This document shows, in pieces, positions 16,457 through 25,762 of a stretch of DNA of 64,000 nt. The DNA comes from Anaerolineales bacterium. Its GTDB lineage: Bacteria; Chloroflexota; Anaerolineae; Anaerolineales; E44-bin32. The notes under the pieces are model-generated. The model saw nothing but the letters and a program-made list of their open reading frames with translations. It was not told the DNA's origin and made no database searches. The DNA is taken from assembly GCA_040899905.1 (NCBI GenBank), contig JBBDZX010000003.1:16129-80128 (forward strand), read 5' to 3'. The position numbers and the translations under genes were made by a program. Every line of letters begins with the position of its first letter. Within the stretch, counting starts at the first letter, position 1.

Positions 16457-18355
16457 TCACTCCTCCGGCACCAGCCTATCCCAGAGCACGTTGGGGTCAT
16501 CCTGCCTCAATCTCAGCAGCACTCCCCGGTGGACGACAACCTCGTAATTCAGAAAGAACCAATCCGCAATGTCCTGCCTTCCCCACCTTACGTTTTGGAC
16601 ATACGTAGGTTGCAACTCCACGATCGAATAGTTCAGGTCATACTTGTTATGCCCCGGCACACTTCTCATGCCATACCACCCAGTCGCTCCCGATAGGTCC
16701 GGGGCCAATCTCGCAATGTGCTTGTCTGCCCGGCCTAGGAAGTCGATGGCTCGCAGGCCGGTATAGTATGGGATGGCACCTGCATAGAACACGCCGACCG
16801 TTGCCTCGGACGTCGTTACCTGCGAAATGGCGATTGCCCTGTTCACCATCTCGACGTTCTCCTCCACGGTGTACGGGGCCACCCTGAACACGATCTCGGC
16901 CATGAACGCAAGATTGCTACTCATGAGCACGAGCCCAGTGAAAGCCGGAGCAAGGAGGCGGTGGCCTTGCGGACCAGTCACAAGTCGAGATAGCCGAGGC
17001 CAGAAAAGCCCCACAATGGCCACGCTTGCACCTAGTGCGATCAGCAGAACGTCCGCCGGACCTATTCCTCCCGTAAGCCTAGGATTGCGATTGGTGAAAG
17101 GCCAACTGACAAGGTACAGACCCATCATTGCGATAAGGGCACGCGCGAGGATCGGCCGCGGGGCATCGGCCCTAGTGCCCAGTGCCAGGTAAGAGCTCCC
17201 ATGCAATGCGATCATCAACAGGAACGGGAACGCTGGCGCTAGCATCCTCCACAAAGGCCATGCGTCCCCGCCTACCCACACCTGATAACCCAACACGGCC
17301 ACAGCTGTGGAAAGGAACATGAGCTTCCACCTCGTGGGCCTCGTAAGCATTCCCACCGCAACAAGCGCGAACAGAGGGCTCATGGAGACCATGAATGGGA
17401 GCACGAAACCTAAACCATCCGATAGCCGAATACCCAGTGGCATCCCGACGAGCTTGAGGATATAGGTGTTTGGGAACACTTCTCGGTAGTAGAGTAACCT
17501 GAAGATCAATTGGGCTAATCCCAACAGTCCCACTCCAGCCAGGATCATCCCAGACCGCACTATCGCTTGTTTGGATCGACCCTGGAGCCGGAAGAGTTCG
17601 GTCACGGTGAAGGCGAGTATCACGGCGGAGGGGACGAGAGAATCAGGCCTCGTCAAGAACGCCAGACCCAGACTGAGCGACGTCATGGCCAACCAGCTAG
17701 TTCGCTTGGTCGTCGCGCTGCGCAAGTAACCTAGTACTCCAAGCAACAGAAGACATGTGAGGAGCCCGGTCTCCATACCCATGAGCGACCAGAAGGTGAG
17801 GGGGTAGTACGAAAGGGTGCCGACAAATGCCAAGCTCGCCATCAGCTGGCTTGTCTTGGCGTCCTCGTCGCTAAACACCATGCGCGCCACTCGCATGACG
17901 AGCCAAGCATTTCCAAGCATGACCAAGACACCGAGTATCTGAACGGCAAGAGCCGCGAGGCGCTTCTCAAGAAGAAGGTTCGGAATCGCCATGACCATAA
18001 CCATGAGAAGGTTGGAGTACCCTTCGACCCTTTCGCCTGCATTCCATACCAGACCATTCCCGTGGGACAGATTCCATGCGTAGCGCATGGAGATCATCGC
18101 ATCATCGAAGAGCGAAAAGTACCTTTGCCCATCCAAGGCGATGAAGGAGGAACGGTAGACGAACACCGCAGACCACAGGAGGAAGGAGGCGATGCTCAGA
18201 GCGACCAGGGCCCTTGGAGCCCACCAGTCGCGGCCGACGGTGCTCGCCTTCGTATCATTCATCTGCGCCATCTCTGCGCAATCTCTCCGGGATGCCCGCG
18301 CCCTTCCGAGCAGCTTCGCCGACGTGGCGAGGAACTTGCTTCTGTTGGCCGACAT
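16457..18355 (-). CDS. Polytopic membrane protein, probable GT-C-fold glycosyltransferase
   Basis: More than 10 hydrophobic spans. The DD motif in the first loop (FSLFDDAMISMRYAWNLSHGNGLVWNAGERVEGYSN) is typical of GT-C enzymes. The gene is clearly more A/T-rich than its flanks. Confidence 0.7.
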   Translation of the reverse strand: MSANRSKFLATSAKLLGRARASRRDCAEMAQMNDTKASTVGRDWWAPRALVALSIASFLLWSAVFVYRSSFIALDGQRYFSLFDDAMISMRYAWNLSHGNGLVWNAGERVEGYSNLLMVMVMAIPNLLLEKRLAALAVQILGVLVMLGNAWLVMRVARMVFSDEDAKTSQLMASLAFVGTLSYYPLTFWSLMGMETGLLTCLLLLGVLGYLRSATTKRTSWLAMTSLSLGLAFLTRPDSLVPSAVILAFTVTELFRLQGRSKQAIVRSGMILAGVGLLGLAQLIFRLLYYREVFPNTYILKLVGMPLGIRLSDGLGFVLPFMVSMSPLFALVAVGMLTRPTRWKLMFLSTAVAVLGYQVWVGGDAWPLWRMLAPAFPFLLMIALHGSSYLALGTRADAPRPILARALIAMMGLYLVSWPFTNRNPRLTGGIGPADVLLIALGASVAIVGLFWPRLSRLVTGPQGHRLLAPAFTGLVLMSSNLAFMAEIVFRVAPYTVEENVEMVNRAIAISQVTTSEATVGVFYAGAIPYYTGLRAIDFLGRADKHIARLAPDLSGATGWYGMRSVPGHNKYDLNYSIVELQPTYVQNVRWGRQDIADWFFLNYEVVVHRGVLLRLRQDDPNVLWDRLVPEE

Positions 18356-18648
18356 GACCTGAAGGGAGCGCGCTCTCCGCGTGTTGGGGGACGTCCGCCG
18401 GTCTACACGTCCCCCGGTTGGCCAGAGGCAACCCTGCCCTGCCGCCCAACGGCTTCAACCACACACCCGCAGCCGCCGGATGCAGGTCCGTAAGGTCCGG
18501 GACGCTCTCGCTAGCCTCGCCCCCTGTCAGATACCCGACAGAACCCCCGCCAGGACCGGGGGTAACCCGTGGGCGAGCAGCCGCGAGATCCGAGTGTAAA
18601 CCAAGGGAAGGCCGGAAGCGGGCAGCCAATGCCCTGGCCCGCCGCTCC

Positions 18649-18677
18649 TGGACAGTCCAAGAAGTGCATGGTATCCT
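18649..18677 (+). promoter_or_regulatory. Possible rplS promoter TGGACA-17 nt-TATCCT
   Basis: TGGACA at 18649-18654 and TGGTATCCT ending at 18677. Confidence 0.3.
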
Positions 18678-18678
18678 G

Positions 18679-18718
18679 ATCCAGCGCCGCCCGTTTCCCG
18701 GGCGGCGGCGTTCTGGAT
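18679..18718 (+). promoter_or_regulatory. Leader stem-loop upstream of rplS (possible attenuator or r-protein leader)
   Basis: Inner stem CGCCGCCCG / CGGGCGGCG (18685-18693 / 18699-18707). Outer pairing ATCCAG / CTGGAT. Ends about 20 nt before the rplS ATG. Confidence 0.35.
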
Positions 18719-18738
18719 ATCGTGCCCGAGGCATTCCC

Positions 18739-19089
18739 ATGTCAAAGCTTCTTCAGGCCATACAAAGCCCACCGAATCCGAACATCCCCGAACTCAGGCC
18801 TGGGGACACGGTCAACGTCCATGTGCGCATCAAGGAAGGCAACCGCGAGCGCATCCAGGAGTACCGCGGGACGATCATCCGCATGCGGGGCGGCGCCAAC
18901 AACTCCAACTTCACCGTCCGGCGCACCGCATCGCATGGCGTGGGAGTCGAGCGGACGTTTCTCTTTCGTTCTCCCCTCATCGAAAAGGTCGAAGTGCAGC
19001 GCCGGGCCAAAGTACGGCGCGCCAAGCTGTACTACATGCGCGAGCGCACCGGCAAACAAGCTCGCCTGAAGGAACAGCGCGACCTCTAA
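18739..19089 (+). CDS. rplS: 50S ribosomal protein L19
   Basis: MSKLLQAIQ...[46 protein letters not shown]...[18 protein letters not shown] is a canonical L19 sequence. The longer track ORF from 18418 is an upstream GC extension. Confidence 0.95.
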   Translation: MSKLLQAIQSPPNPNIPELRPGDTVNVHVRIKEGNRERIQEYRGTIIRMRGGANNSNFTVRRTASHGVGVERTFLFRSPLIEKVEVQRRAKVRRAKLYYMRERTGKQARLKEQRDL

Positions 19090-19147
19090 ACGCGACCCAA
19101 GGCCCCAGGAAATTCAAATGGGGGCACCAGGTCGATCGGTGGATGGG

Positions 19148-19213
19148 TTGACCGGTCAATTGGGTGCCCTTCCGCTTTGACCCGTTGACCGATTGACCGA
19201 TCGATCTTTGACC
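19148..19213 (+). repeat. TTGACC cluster: 12-nt palindrome TTGACCGGTCAA plus period-8 TTGACC repeats
   Basis: Palindrome at 19148-19159. TTGACC at 19177, 19185, 19193 and 19208. Overlaps the TTG start candidates of murI. Confidence 0.6.
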
Positions 19214-20071
19214 TCCCCAGCTAACACACCGTCGCCTCGAAGTCCAGACCCGACCCGCTCATCTCCCCTCGGTATCTTCGACTCCGGCGTTGGCGGACTC
19301 TCGATCGTCCGCGAGATCCGGCATCAGCTACCGGCGGAAGATGTGGTGTTCTTCGCAGACCAGGGACACGTGCCCTATGGAAACCGCTCCCTGGAGGAAG
19401 TTCGCTCGTTTTCCAGCGGGATCGTCCGTTTTCTCCTGGATCAGGGGGCCAAGGTGATCGTCGTGGCCTGCAACACCGCCTCGGCCGCCGCCCTGCATGC
19501 CTTGCGGGCGGAGTTCCCGGCCCTCGCCATCGTGGGCATGGAGCCTGCCGTCAAGCCGGCGGTCGAGACCACGGTTACGCAACGCGTAGGCGTGCTAGCC
19601 ACCCCGGCCACCTTTCAAGGGGCGCTCTTTGCCTCGGTGGTCGAGCGGTTCGCAAAGGGGGTGGAGGTCATCGAATCAACGGCGCCGGGCTTGGTGGATC
19701 AAATCGAGGCCGGGGATCTGGAAGGGCCAGAGACTCGGGCCATCGTCACCCAGGCCCTTGCCCCAATCCTGGCGCGAGGTGCCGACACCCTCGTCCTCGC
19801 GTGCACGCACTATCCGTTCGTGATCCCTTTGCTCCAAGAGGTGGCCGGGCCCTCCGTGCGAATCATCGACCCCGCACCGGCGATTGCGCGCCAGACCGGC
19901 CGCGTGCTCGAGTCACAGGGGCTGGCGATGCACGGGGCCCAGGAGGGCGGGCTGACCTTGTGGACCAGCGGGGATCCGAATCGGCTGGCGCACGCGGCCG
20001 AGGTGCTCATCCAAGAGACCCGACCTGCGCACCAGGCGGCATGGGCCCGTGGCGCACTTCGCCCATCCTGA
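19193..20071 (+). CDS. murI: Glutamate racemase
   Basis: GIFDSGVGGLS, VVACNTASA and LVLACTHYPF catalytic-cysteine motifs. Only TTG starts (19193 or 19208) are available upstream of the conserved core. Confidence 0.9.
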   Translation: MTDRSLTSPANTPSPRSPDPTRSSPLGIFDSGVGGLSIVREIRHQLPAEDVVFFADQGHVPYGNRSLEEVRSFSSGIVRFLLDQGAKVIVVACNTASAAALHALRAEFPALAIVGMEPAVKPAVETTVTQRVGVLATPATFQGALFASVVERFAKGVEVIESTAPGLVDQIEAGDLEGPETRAIVTQALAPILARGADTLVLACTHYPFVIPLLQEVAGPSVRIIDPAPAIARQTGRVLESQGLAMHGAQEGGLTLWTSGDPNRLAHAAEVLIQETRPAHQAAWARGALRPS

Positions 20072-20101
20072 TATCGATCCCCCGCTCCACCCTGCGTCCT
20101 G

Positions 20102-20611
20102 TCAGGTCCCCGCCGAAGCCGGGAATGGGAATAGCCGGTTCAAGAGAAAGGTCGCCACGGCGACCCAGGGAATGATTACCACCTGCATGGGGACCAGGAG
20201 CGAAAGCGCGAACTGAAATTCCTGGAGCTTGAGATCCCATCCCGATGTCGCCCCCTCGGCTACGGCCATCGATGCGCCCGCCAGGGAGACCGCCAGCAGC
20301 AGGGCCATCGCCAATCCGAGGATCAACCACGCCGAGTACAGGGCAGCCGCCCGGCGCGGCCAGGAACGGGCGGCGCTCGCCAGGGGAAGAGCACAGGCCA
20401 CGGCCACGGCCGGGACAAGACCCAGCGCCGCGATCATGACCCAATCCGGCAGACTCGAGGGAAGCTGTTCCAAGGAGGGGATCGGCCTGGCGGCCCCAGC
20501 ACACAGGTGCATCGGCAGGAGCAGGCCGTAGGTTCCAATGAGGCCGGGACTGAATGCGATGGCCAGGATGGTCATGTAGCGATGGCCGGAGGTGATTCGG
20601 GGCTCGGACAT
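20102..20611 (-). CDS. Hypothetical integral membrane protein
   Basis: Four or five hydrophobic spans and GC-rich third positions. No clear Shine-Dalgarno sequence. Confidence 0.5.
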   Translation of the reverse strand: MSEPRITSGHRYMTILAIAFSPGLIGTYGLLLPMHLCAGAARPIPSLEQLPSSLPDWVMIAALGLVPAVAVACALPLASAARSWPRRAAALYSAWLILGLAMALLLAVSLAGASMAVAEGATSGWDLKLQEFQFALSLLVPMQVVIIPWVAVATFLLNRLFPFPASAGT

Positions 20612-20689
20612 GGGCGCGTGGACAGTCGATCTTATTTGGCTGGAGGCCTCAATCCCTCTCCGCTTCCATCGTAGCGATCGTCACCGGGG

Positions 20690-21331
20690 CTAGCCCTCAA
20701 CGTGACGAATGAGCTTCCGCACTCGCGATCGCTGCGAGACGGGCATCTCGGGCATGCGGCGGCTCAAGATGGCGATACACCGGGCCCGGCCCTTCTTGTC
20801 CACCGCCGGAGCGATTTTTTCGGCATGCTGAGGCACGTCCTTCGGCCGGCACGTCGACAGATGTCGGTACAGGACCGGAAGCAAGTCCCTGCGCCGCGAG
20901 GGGGAACTCGCCGCGGTGCGTGTGAGTGCCAGGACCGCCTGGTCGACGGTGATCACGGAGCCCGCCTTCATGGCCGGGATGATCTCTCGACGATGACCGT
21001 AAATGGCCTTCGGTCGCACTTGGGCGACGGCTGCCAAGGCGGTCATGGCGCCCCACACCAGCCGATTGTTTCGGCCCGCGAGCAGGCGCGTGAAGTCGGG
21101 CGTGTATTTTGCGATCAGCTCCGGGCGAAGGTACCCGACTTCGTACAACACTTTCAGACAGTCACTCTGCACGCCCGGCTCACCGTGCCGCAGTCCGTTG
21201 GCGATCTCACGGATGCGAGCGGCGTCCCGCCTTGCCGCCAACTCGCGCGCCAGCACCTGATTGGGGACTTCATCCCGCCGCCCACGGTAGAAGGCAATCC
21301 GTTTCAGCGGGGGCCCCGCCGCCGCCTTCAT
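20690..21331 (-). CDS. Hypothetical helical-repeat (HEAT/ARM-like) protein
   Basis: 213 aa with alpha-helical repeat character (my reading only). The start overlaps the SET-gene stop by 4 nt. Confidence 0.6.
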   Translation of the reverse strand: MKAAAGPPLKRIAFYRGRRDEVPNQVLARELAARRDAARIREIANGLRHGEPGVQSDCLKVLYEVGYLRPELIAKYTPDFTRLLAGRNNRLVWGAMTALAAVAQVRPKAIYGHRREIIPAMKAGSVITVDQAVLALTRTAASSPSRRRDLLPVLYRHLSTCRPKDVPQHAEKIAPAVDKKGRARCIAILSRRMPEMPVSQRSRVRKLIRHVEG

Positions 21332-21822
21332 CCCTTCACCCTACGCCGACGGGCGGGCTTGAGCATGGTCCCCCGGCAGTGCTCCGATCCGCAATGGCAG
21401 GCATACTGGATTTTCCACGAAGCCTTCGGCCGACCCTCCCGCTCCAATCGGTAGTCGTAGGTGAGCTCCTCGCCTGGGCGAATGGTTCGGATCGCCTCGA
21501 TGAAGATCCGCCGGTCCTCCTCGTACGCGGCACAGTTCGGGTCACAGGAGTGATTGATCAGCCGCGATTCGTTGCCGCCGCGCGCCGCGTCGATGTAGGT
21601 GTCCTTGCCGATACCGAAAAGGAATGTGTGATGGCGCTCCATGGCGTCGTCGTCGTAGCGAGCGTCCGCCTCGGCGTCGCCGATCCGCTCCCCGATGTAT
21701 TCGATGATGCGAGTCCCCGTCCGAATGCGGCGCCGTGCAAACACCCCCTGCCCCTGAATGGTGGAGGCACGGACCTCGAACAGGGGTTCGCGCCGAACGG
21801 CGACCGTGCGGGTCATCGACAT
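21328..21822 (-). CDS. SET-domain protein (putative protein-lysine methyltransferase)
   Basis: GQGVFARRRIRTGTRIIEYIGE..., RLINHSCDPNC, ELTYDY and a post-SET CHCGSEHCRG. The ATG at 21822 lies 2 nt after the hydrolase stop. The track's longer 235-aa version overlaps the hydrolase gene. Confidence 0.8.
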   Translation of the reverse strand: MSMTRTVAVRREPLFEVRASTIQGQGVFARRRIRTGTRIIEYIGERIGDAEADARYDDDAMERHHTFLFGIGKDTYIDAARGGNESRLINHSCDPNCAAYEEDRRIFIEAIRTIRPGEELTYDYRLEREGRPKASWKIQYACHCGSEHCRGTMLKPARRRRVKG

Positions 21823-21824
21823 GC

Positions 21825-22508
21825 TCACGTACGACTGGCCACGCCCGCCGCCCAGCCTCGCACGGCTTCTCCCGTCTCGGCCAGGACATCGGCATCCGTC
21901 CGTCCGGAAGATTTGAGAACGTGGAAGCCGTGGTCGGCTCCCTCGAGCCAATGTTGGGTCCAATTCGGAAGTGGCCCTACGGTCTTCTCCATCAAATCTC
22001 GCCGGCAAAGGCTGTCGCGGGTTCCGTTGAAACACAGGACCGGGATGTGAATGCGGGGCAAGTGCGCATCGCGAAGCTTCTCAGGTTGCCCGGAGGGATG
22101 GAGGGGGTACGCCAGCAGGATGAGTCCGTCACATTCGAACCCGTCTGCCGCGAGCCTGGTGGCGGTCCGGCCCCCCATCGAACGCCCACCGAGGAAAAGG
22201 CGACCCGGGTGCACATCCGACGTCACGCGATCGACCACCGCCTTGAAGCAATCCATGAGGCGCGGCATGGGATCCGGCCGGACCATCTTCTTCTCGCGGT
22301 ACAGAAAATTGAACCGGACAAGTGGAATCCCGACCTTCACAAGTTCTTGGGAGAGGGCGGCCATCGAACGATCGGCCAGGTGGCCACCCGCCCCATGCGC
22401 GCACACGAACACCAGGTCCCCGATCGGAGCAGCTGCGGGATCGAAAACGGCCGAGGTCGTTTCCTCACCGACCTTTACGCTCCATTCCATCGGTCCTTGC
22501 GTCATCAT
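21825..22508 (-). CDS. Alpha/beta hydrolase (dienelactone-hydrolase / KANL3-Tex30-like family)
   Basis: VFVCAHGAGG, nucleophile elbow GGRSMGG, and LLAYPLHP...PVLCFNGTRD. Confidence 0.75.
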   Translation of the reverse strand: MMTQGPMEWSVKVGEETTSAVFDPAAAPIGDLVFVCAHGAGGHLADRSMAALSQELVKVGIPLVRFNFLYREKKMVRPDPMPRLMDCFKAVVDRVTSDVHPGRLFLGGRSMGGRTATRLAADGFECDGLILLAYPLHPSGQPEKLRDAHLPRIHIPVLCFNGTRDSLCRRDLMEKTVGPLPNWTQHWLEGADHGFHVLKSSGRTDADVLAETGEAVRGWAAGVASRT

Positions 22509-22583
22509 CGCCTCATGATCCAGTGGCCGACTTTGTGAATTCCGTCACTATTAGCGTGGGTGACGAACGAGGTCTGGAGACGG

Positions 22584-22611
22584 CAGCTGGGTGCTGGAAG
22601 CTGGCGGCTGA
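22584..22611 (-). repeat. Heptad repeat (minus-strand reading TCAGCCG CCAGCTT CCAGCAC CCAGCTG) sharing a 24-mer with the 10761 array
   Basis: The reverse complement of 22585-22608 is identical to 10784-10807 (GCCGCCAGCTTCCAGCACCCAGCT). It begins 1 nt after the TAG stop of the minus-strand gene 22612..23217. Confidence 0.8.
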
Positions 22612-23217
22612 CTATGGCTCCAGGATGAGCGACGCGCGGCTCCCTGGAAGCGGGAACAAGCGCGGGTACTCCAACACCAGGCCCACCTCGTCCCGCGGGA
22701 TGATATACACGATGGACCCGGCCATGGATTCTCCCGGAGGGATAGCGCCTCCCTCGAAGAGGCCCTGAAGGCCGGAAAACGCGGATGAGAACTCGGGTGT
22801 GTAATCGCGACCTGAGGAAGAGGTGATGCCAAAATCGAATTCTGTGACATAGCATGTATCGCTTGCACTGGAAAGGCACCGAACCTCGATGTCCACCATC
22901 ACAAACTCTTCGTTCGCTTCAGGCACCAGGCGACTGCTGGCGCGGTTCACGATCCCGTCCCCCGGCCGCACCACCTGAGTGACTTTCATGGCCAAACTTC
23001 CGGCCACGACCTCGACGCCGATCCTTGCCGGAGGCGCGGCGGTCGGGATGCCCATGCCCGCAATTGGGGTGTAGTTGCCGAACGGGTCAGGGTCTTGTGT
23101 GCCCGCGAGGGGCGTAATGCCCAGAGCATCGATCACAGATCCCCAACCGCCGGCACACCCGGCCAGGGTCATCATCAGCGCCAAGATCAGGGTCGTGGGC
23201 GGTCGTCGCACGGTCAT
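22612..23217 (-). CDS. Lipoprotein, possibly DUF4352-like
   Basis: Lipobox LTLAGC. Beta-rich C-terminal domain. The start overlaps the gyrA stop by 4 nt. Confidence 0.65.
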   Translation of the reverse strand: MTVRRPPTTLILALMMTLAGCAGGWGSVIDALGITPLAGTQDPDPFGNYTPIAGMGIPTAAPPARIGVEVVAGSLAMKVTQVVRPGDGIVNRASSRLVPEANEEFVMVDIEVRCLSSASDTCYVTEFDFGITSSSGRDYTPEFSSAFSGLQGLFEGGAIPPGESMAGSIVYIIPRDEVGLVLEYPRLFPLPGSRASLILEP

Positions 23218-25697
23218 GACGCGGCGGGCGGCGCACCCTCAACTCCAACCGTCCTGAGATCCGCGGCGGCAATTCGAGCCACAGAGGCTACGGTCTCCCC
23301 GGGGTTGAGTTTGATCACGCGCACGCCCATCGTCGCCCGGCCGGCGCGACGGATCTGGCGCACCTTGGTCCGCAATACGATTCCGCCGGTGGAAATGATC
23401 GTCAAGTCGTCGTCCTCCCGGACCACCATCGCCGCCGCGATCGGCCCGGAAACATCCATCTTCCGGAGGTTGAGTGTCGTGATGCCTCCTGTGCCTCGGC
23501 CCTTCGGTGCATAGGCCTTCAAAGGCGTGCGCTTCCCAAATCCCTTCCGCGTCACCACCAGCAGATCGGCCTTGGGATCGACGACTTCCACACTGGTCAC
23601 GTAGTCGCCTTCCTTCAAGCCGATCGCCCGCACACCGGCGGCCTGCCGGCCCATGGCGCGGACCTTGCTCTCATGGAATCGCAACGCGCGGCCTCCCTCC
23701 GTCACGATGACGAGATGGTCATCTCCGCTCGTCAGCCGCGCCCATCCCAGGACGTCGCCCGGCTCCAGGTTTAGCGCGATCAAACCCGAAGGTCGCACCG
23801 CCGCAAACTCGCTCAAGGCCACGCGCTTGATCTTGCCCGACCGCGTGGCCAGGATGCAGTAGAGGGCAGCCTGGAAATCCGGCACGGCGGCGGCCGCAGT
23901 CACCTTTTCGACGGCCTCCAGAGCCAGGACATTCACGAGAGGGATGCCGCGCGCCGTTCGATCGGCATCGGGGATCTGATAGGCCTTCTCGGAGTACACC
24001 TTGCCCCGGTCGGAGAAGAACAAGATCGTGTCCAGCGACCGGGCGGGGAGCAGCATACGGACCTCGTCCTCTTCCCGGACCGAGTGCCCGGTGACCCCGC
24101 GGCCTCCCCTGCCCTGACGCCGGTACGCCTGAGCGGCCACACGTTTGATATAGCCGCGCTCCGTCAGGGTAATGAGGACGGCCTCGTCCGCCACCAGGTC
24201 TTCCTCGCGGAAAGACTCGGACGCATCGGCCGCGATGCGCGTGCGCCGCGCGTCGCCATATTTTTCCGACAGCTCGGTCATCTCCGATTGGATTAGGGAC
24301 AAGATCTTCATGGGATGGCCCAGCAGGTCTTCCAATTTGGCGATGTTCTCGCCGACCCGTTTGTACTCCTCCTCGATTTCCTGACGTTCCAACGCCGCCA
24401 GACGACGCAAGGGCATGTCCAGGATGGCTTGAGCCTGGATGTCGCTGAGCTTGAAGCGGCTGATGAGACGGGCTTTCGCCGTCTCGGCGTCCGGAGATTT
24501 GCGAATCGTCTGGACGACTTCGTCCAGATGGGCCAGTGCGAGGCGCAGCCCCTCCAGGAGGTGCGCCCGTGCCCTGGCCTTCTCGAGATCGAATGCCGAC
24601 CGCCGGGCCAGGACGTTCTGGCGATGGGCCACGAAATACTGCAGCGCCCGTTTCAACGAGAGCAGTCGAGGTTCGCCTCCAACCAGGGCCAGCATCTGAA
24701 TGCCGAAGGTCGACTGCAACGGCGTGTACTTGAAGAGCTGGTTAAGGGTCTTCTTCGGCTGCGCGCCGCGCTTGAGCTCGACCACGATGCTCATCCCACG
24801 CCGATCCGACTCATCTCGCAGGTCGGAAATCCCATCGAGTCGACCTTCGTGGATCAGCTCGGCGATCCGCTCGATCAGGCTGGACTTGTTGACCTGGTAG
24901 GGGATTTCCGTAACGACGATGCGATGGCGATTGGACCCGGTCTCCTCGATGTGGGCCACGGCCCGCACAACGAGACGGCCCTTACCCGTGCTGTACGCCT
25001 GTTTGAGCCCCTCCGTGCCAATGATGGTCCCGCCGCCGGGGAAGTCCGGCCCCTGAATATGGGCCATGAGATCGTCGAGACTGACCTCGTCCATTTGGTC
25101 GTACCGGTCGATGAGGTAACGGACCGCGCTGGCGACTTCCTTCAAGTTGTGGGGCGGGATGTTGGTGGCCATCCCGACGGCGATCCCCGTGGCGCCGTTG
25201 AGCAGGAGTTGCGGGGCTCGGGCCGGCAGAAGGACGGGTTCCTTGAGCGACCCGTCGAAGTTCTCGACCAGGTCGACCGTGTCCTTTTCGATGTCGAGGA
25301 GCAGCTCCTCGGCCATCCGGGACAGGCGGGCCTCGGTGTAGCGCATGGCCGCGGGCGCATCCCCGTCGACCGACCCGAAATTGCCCTGGCCGTCGACGAG
25401 GAGGTAGCGCATCGAAAAGTCCTGCGCCAGGCGGGCCATGGCCTCGTAGACCGCCGAATCGCCATGGGGGTGGAACTTGCCCAGGACCTCGCCGACGATC
25501 CGGGCCGACTTTCGGTACGCCGAGGCACCCCGAACGCCCATTTCGTGCATGGCGAAAAGGATGCGGCGCTGGACGGGCTTGAGCCCATCTGCGGCATCCG
25601 GCAAGGCGCGGGCCACGATCACGCTCATGGCGTAATCGAGGTACGCCCCGCGCATCTGCTCGTCGATATCGACTCGGCGGACGGTGCCTAGGTCCAT
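23214..25697 (-). CDS. gyrA: DNA gyrase subunit A
   Basis: [30 protein letters not shown]...HPHGD and AAMRYTE active-site Tyr context. C-terminal beta-pinwheel repeats. 827 aa, no intein. Confidence 0.95.
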   Translation of the reverse strand: MDLGTVRRVDIDEQMRGAYLDYAMSVIVARALPDAADGLKPVQRRILFAMHEMGVRGASAYRKSARIVGEVLGKFHPHGDSAVYEAMARLAQDFSMRYLLVDGQGNFGSVDGDAPAAMRYTEARLSRMAEELLLDIEKDTVDLVENFDGSLKEPVLLPARAPQLLLNGATGIAVGMATNIPPHNLKEVASAVRYLIDRYDQMDEVSLDDLMAHIQGPDFPGGGTIIGTEGLKQAYSTGKGRLVVRAVAHIEETGSNRHRIVVTEIPYQVNKSSLIERIAELIHEGRLDGISDLRDESDRRGMSIVVELKRGAQPKKTLNQLFKYTPLQSTFGIQMLALVGGEPRLLSLKRALQYFVAHRQNVLARRSAFDLEKARARAHLLEGLRLALAHLDEVVQTIRKSPDAETAKARLISRFKLSDIQAQAILDMPLRRLAALERQEIEEEYKRVGENIAKLEDLLGHPMKILSLIQSEMTELSEKYGDARRTRIAADASESFREEDLVADEAVLITLTERGYIKRVAAQAYRRQGRGGRGVTGHSVREEDEVRMLLPARSLDTILFFSDRGKVYSEKAYQIPDADRTARGIPLVNVLALEAVEKVTAAAAVPDFQAALYCILATRSGKIKRVALSEFAAVRPSGLIALNLEPGDVLGWARLTSGDDHLVIVTEGGRALRFHESKVRAMGRQAAGVRAIGLKEGDYVTSVEVVDPKADLLVVTRKGFGKRTPLKAYAPKGRGTGGITTLNLRKMDVSGPIAAAMVVREDDDLTIISTGGIVLRTKVRQIRRAGRATMGVRVIKLNPGETVASVARIAAADLRTVGVEGAPPAAS

Positions 25698-25740
25698 GGG
25701 TTGGCGGCCCGAGAGGGATTAAGTGCGGGTCGAGAGGGCA

Positions 25741-25746
25741 ATTATA
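25741..25746 (-). promoter_or_regulatory. Possible gyrA -10 box (TATAAT on the minus strand)
   Basis: Plus-strand ATTATA lies about 44 nt upstream of the gyrA ATG. I found no convincing -35. Confidence 0.3.
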
Positions 25747-25762
25747 ACTCGCTACCTCACCC

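Noticed and set aside
18381-18599. Small ORFs in the rplS upstream gap: 72 aa on the plus strand, and 161 aa and 81 aa on the minus strand.
   Set aside because: Their translations are Arg/Pro-rich. They have no Shine-Dalgarno sequence, overlap each other, and have no motifs. They are consistent with random open frames in GC-rich non-coding DNA.
18591-18636. SRP (4.5S) RNA helix-8-like string GUGUAAACCAAGGGAAGGCCGGAAGCGGGCAGCCAAUGCCC. It aligns without gaps to the E. coli CUGUUUACCAGGUCAGGUCCGGAAGGAAGCAGCCAAGGCAG, including ACCA, GGAAG and GCAGCCAA.
   Set aside because: The short stem closing the GGAA loop does not pair (C-C and G-G mismatches). An alternative GAAG tetraloop register changes the loop geometry. 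The flanking 5' and 3' sequences are not complementary, so the long SRP hairpin cannot form. It is probably chance similarity in GC-rich sequence, and cmsearch with RF00169/RF01854 would settle it.
23214-25697. Inteins in GyrA, DnaB or DnaE (common intein hosts).
   Set aside because: The protein lengths (827 aa, more than 445 aa partial, and 1226 aa) and uninterrupted conserved motifs leave no room for an intein insertion.
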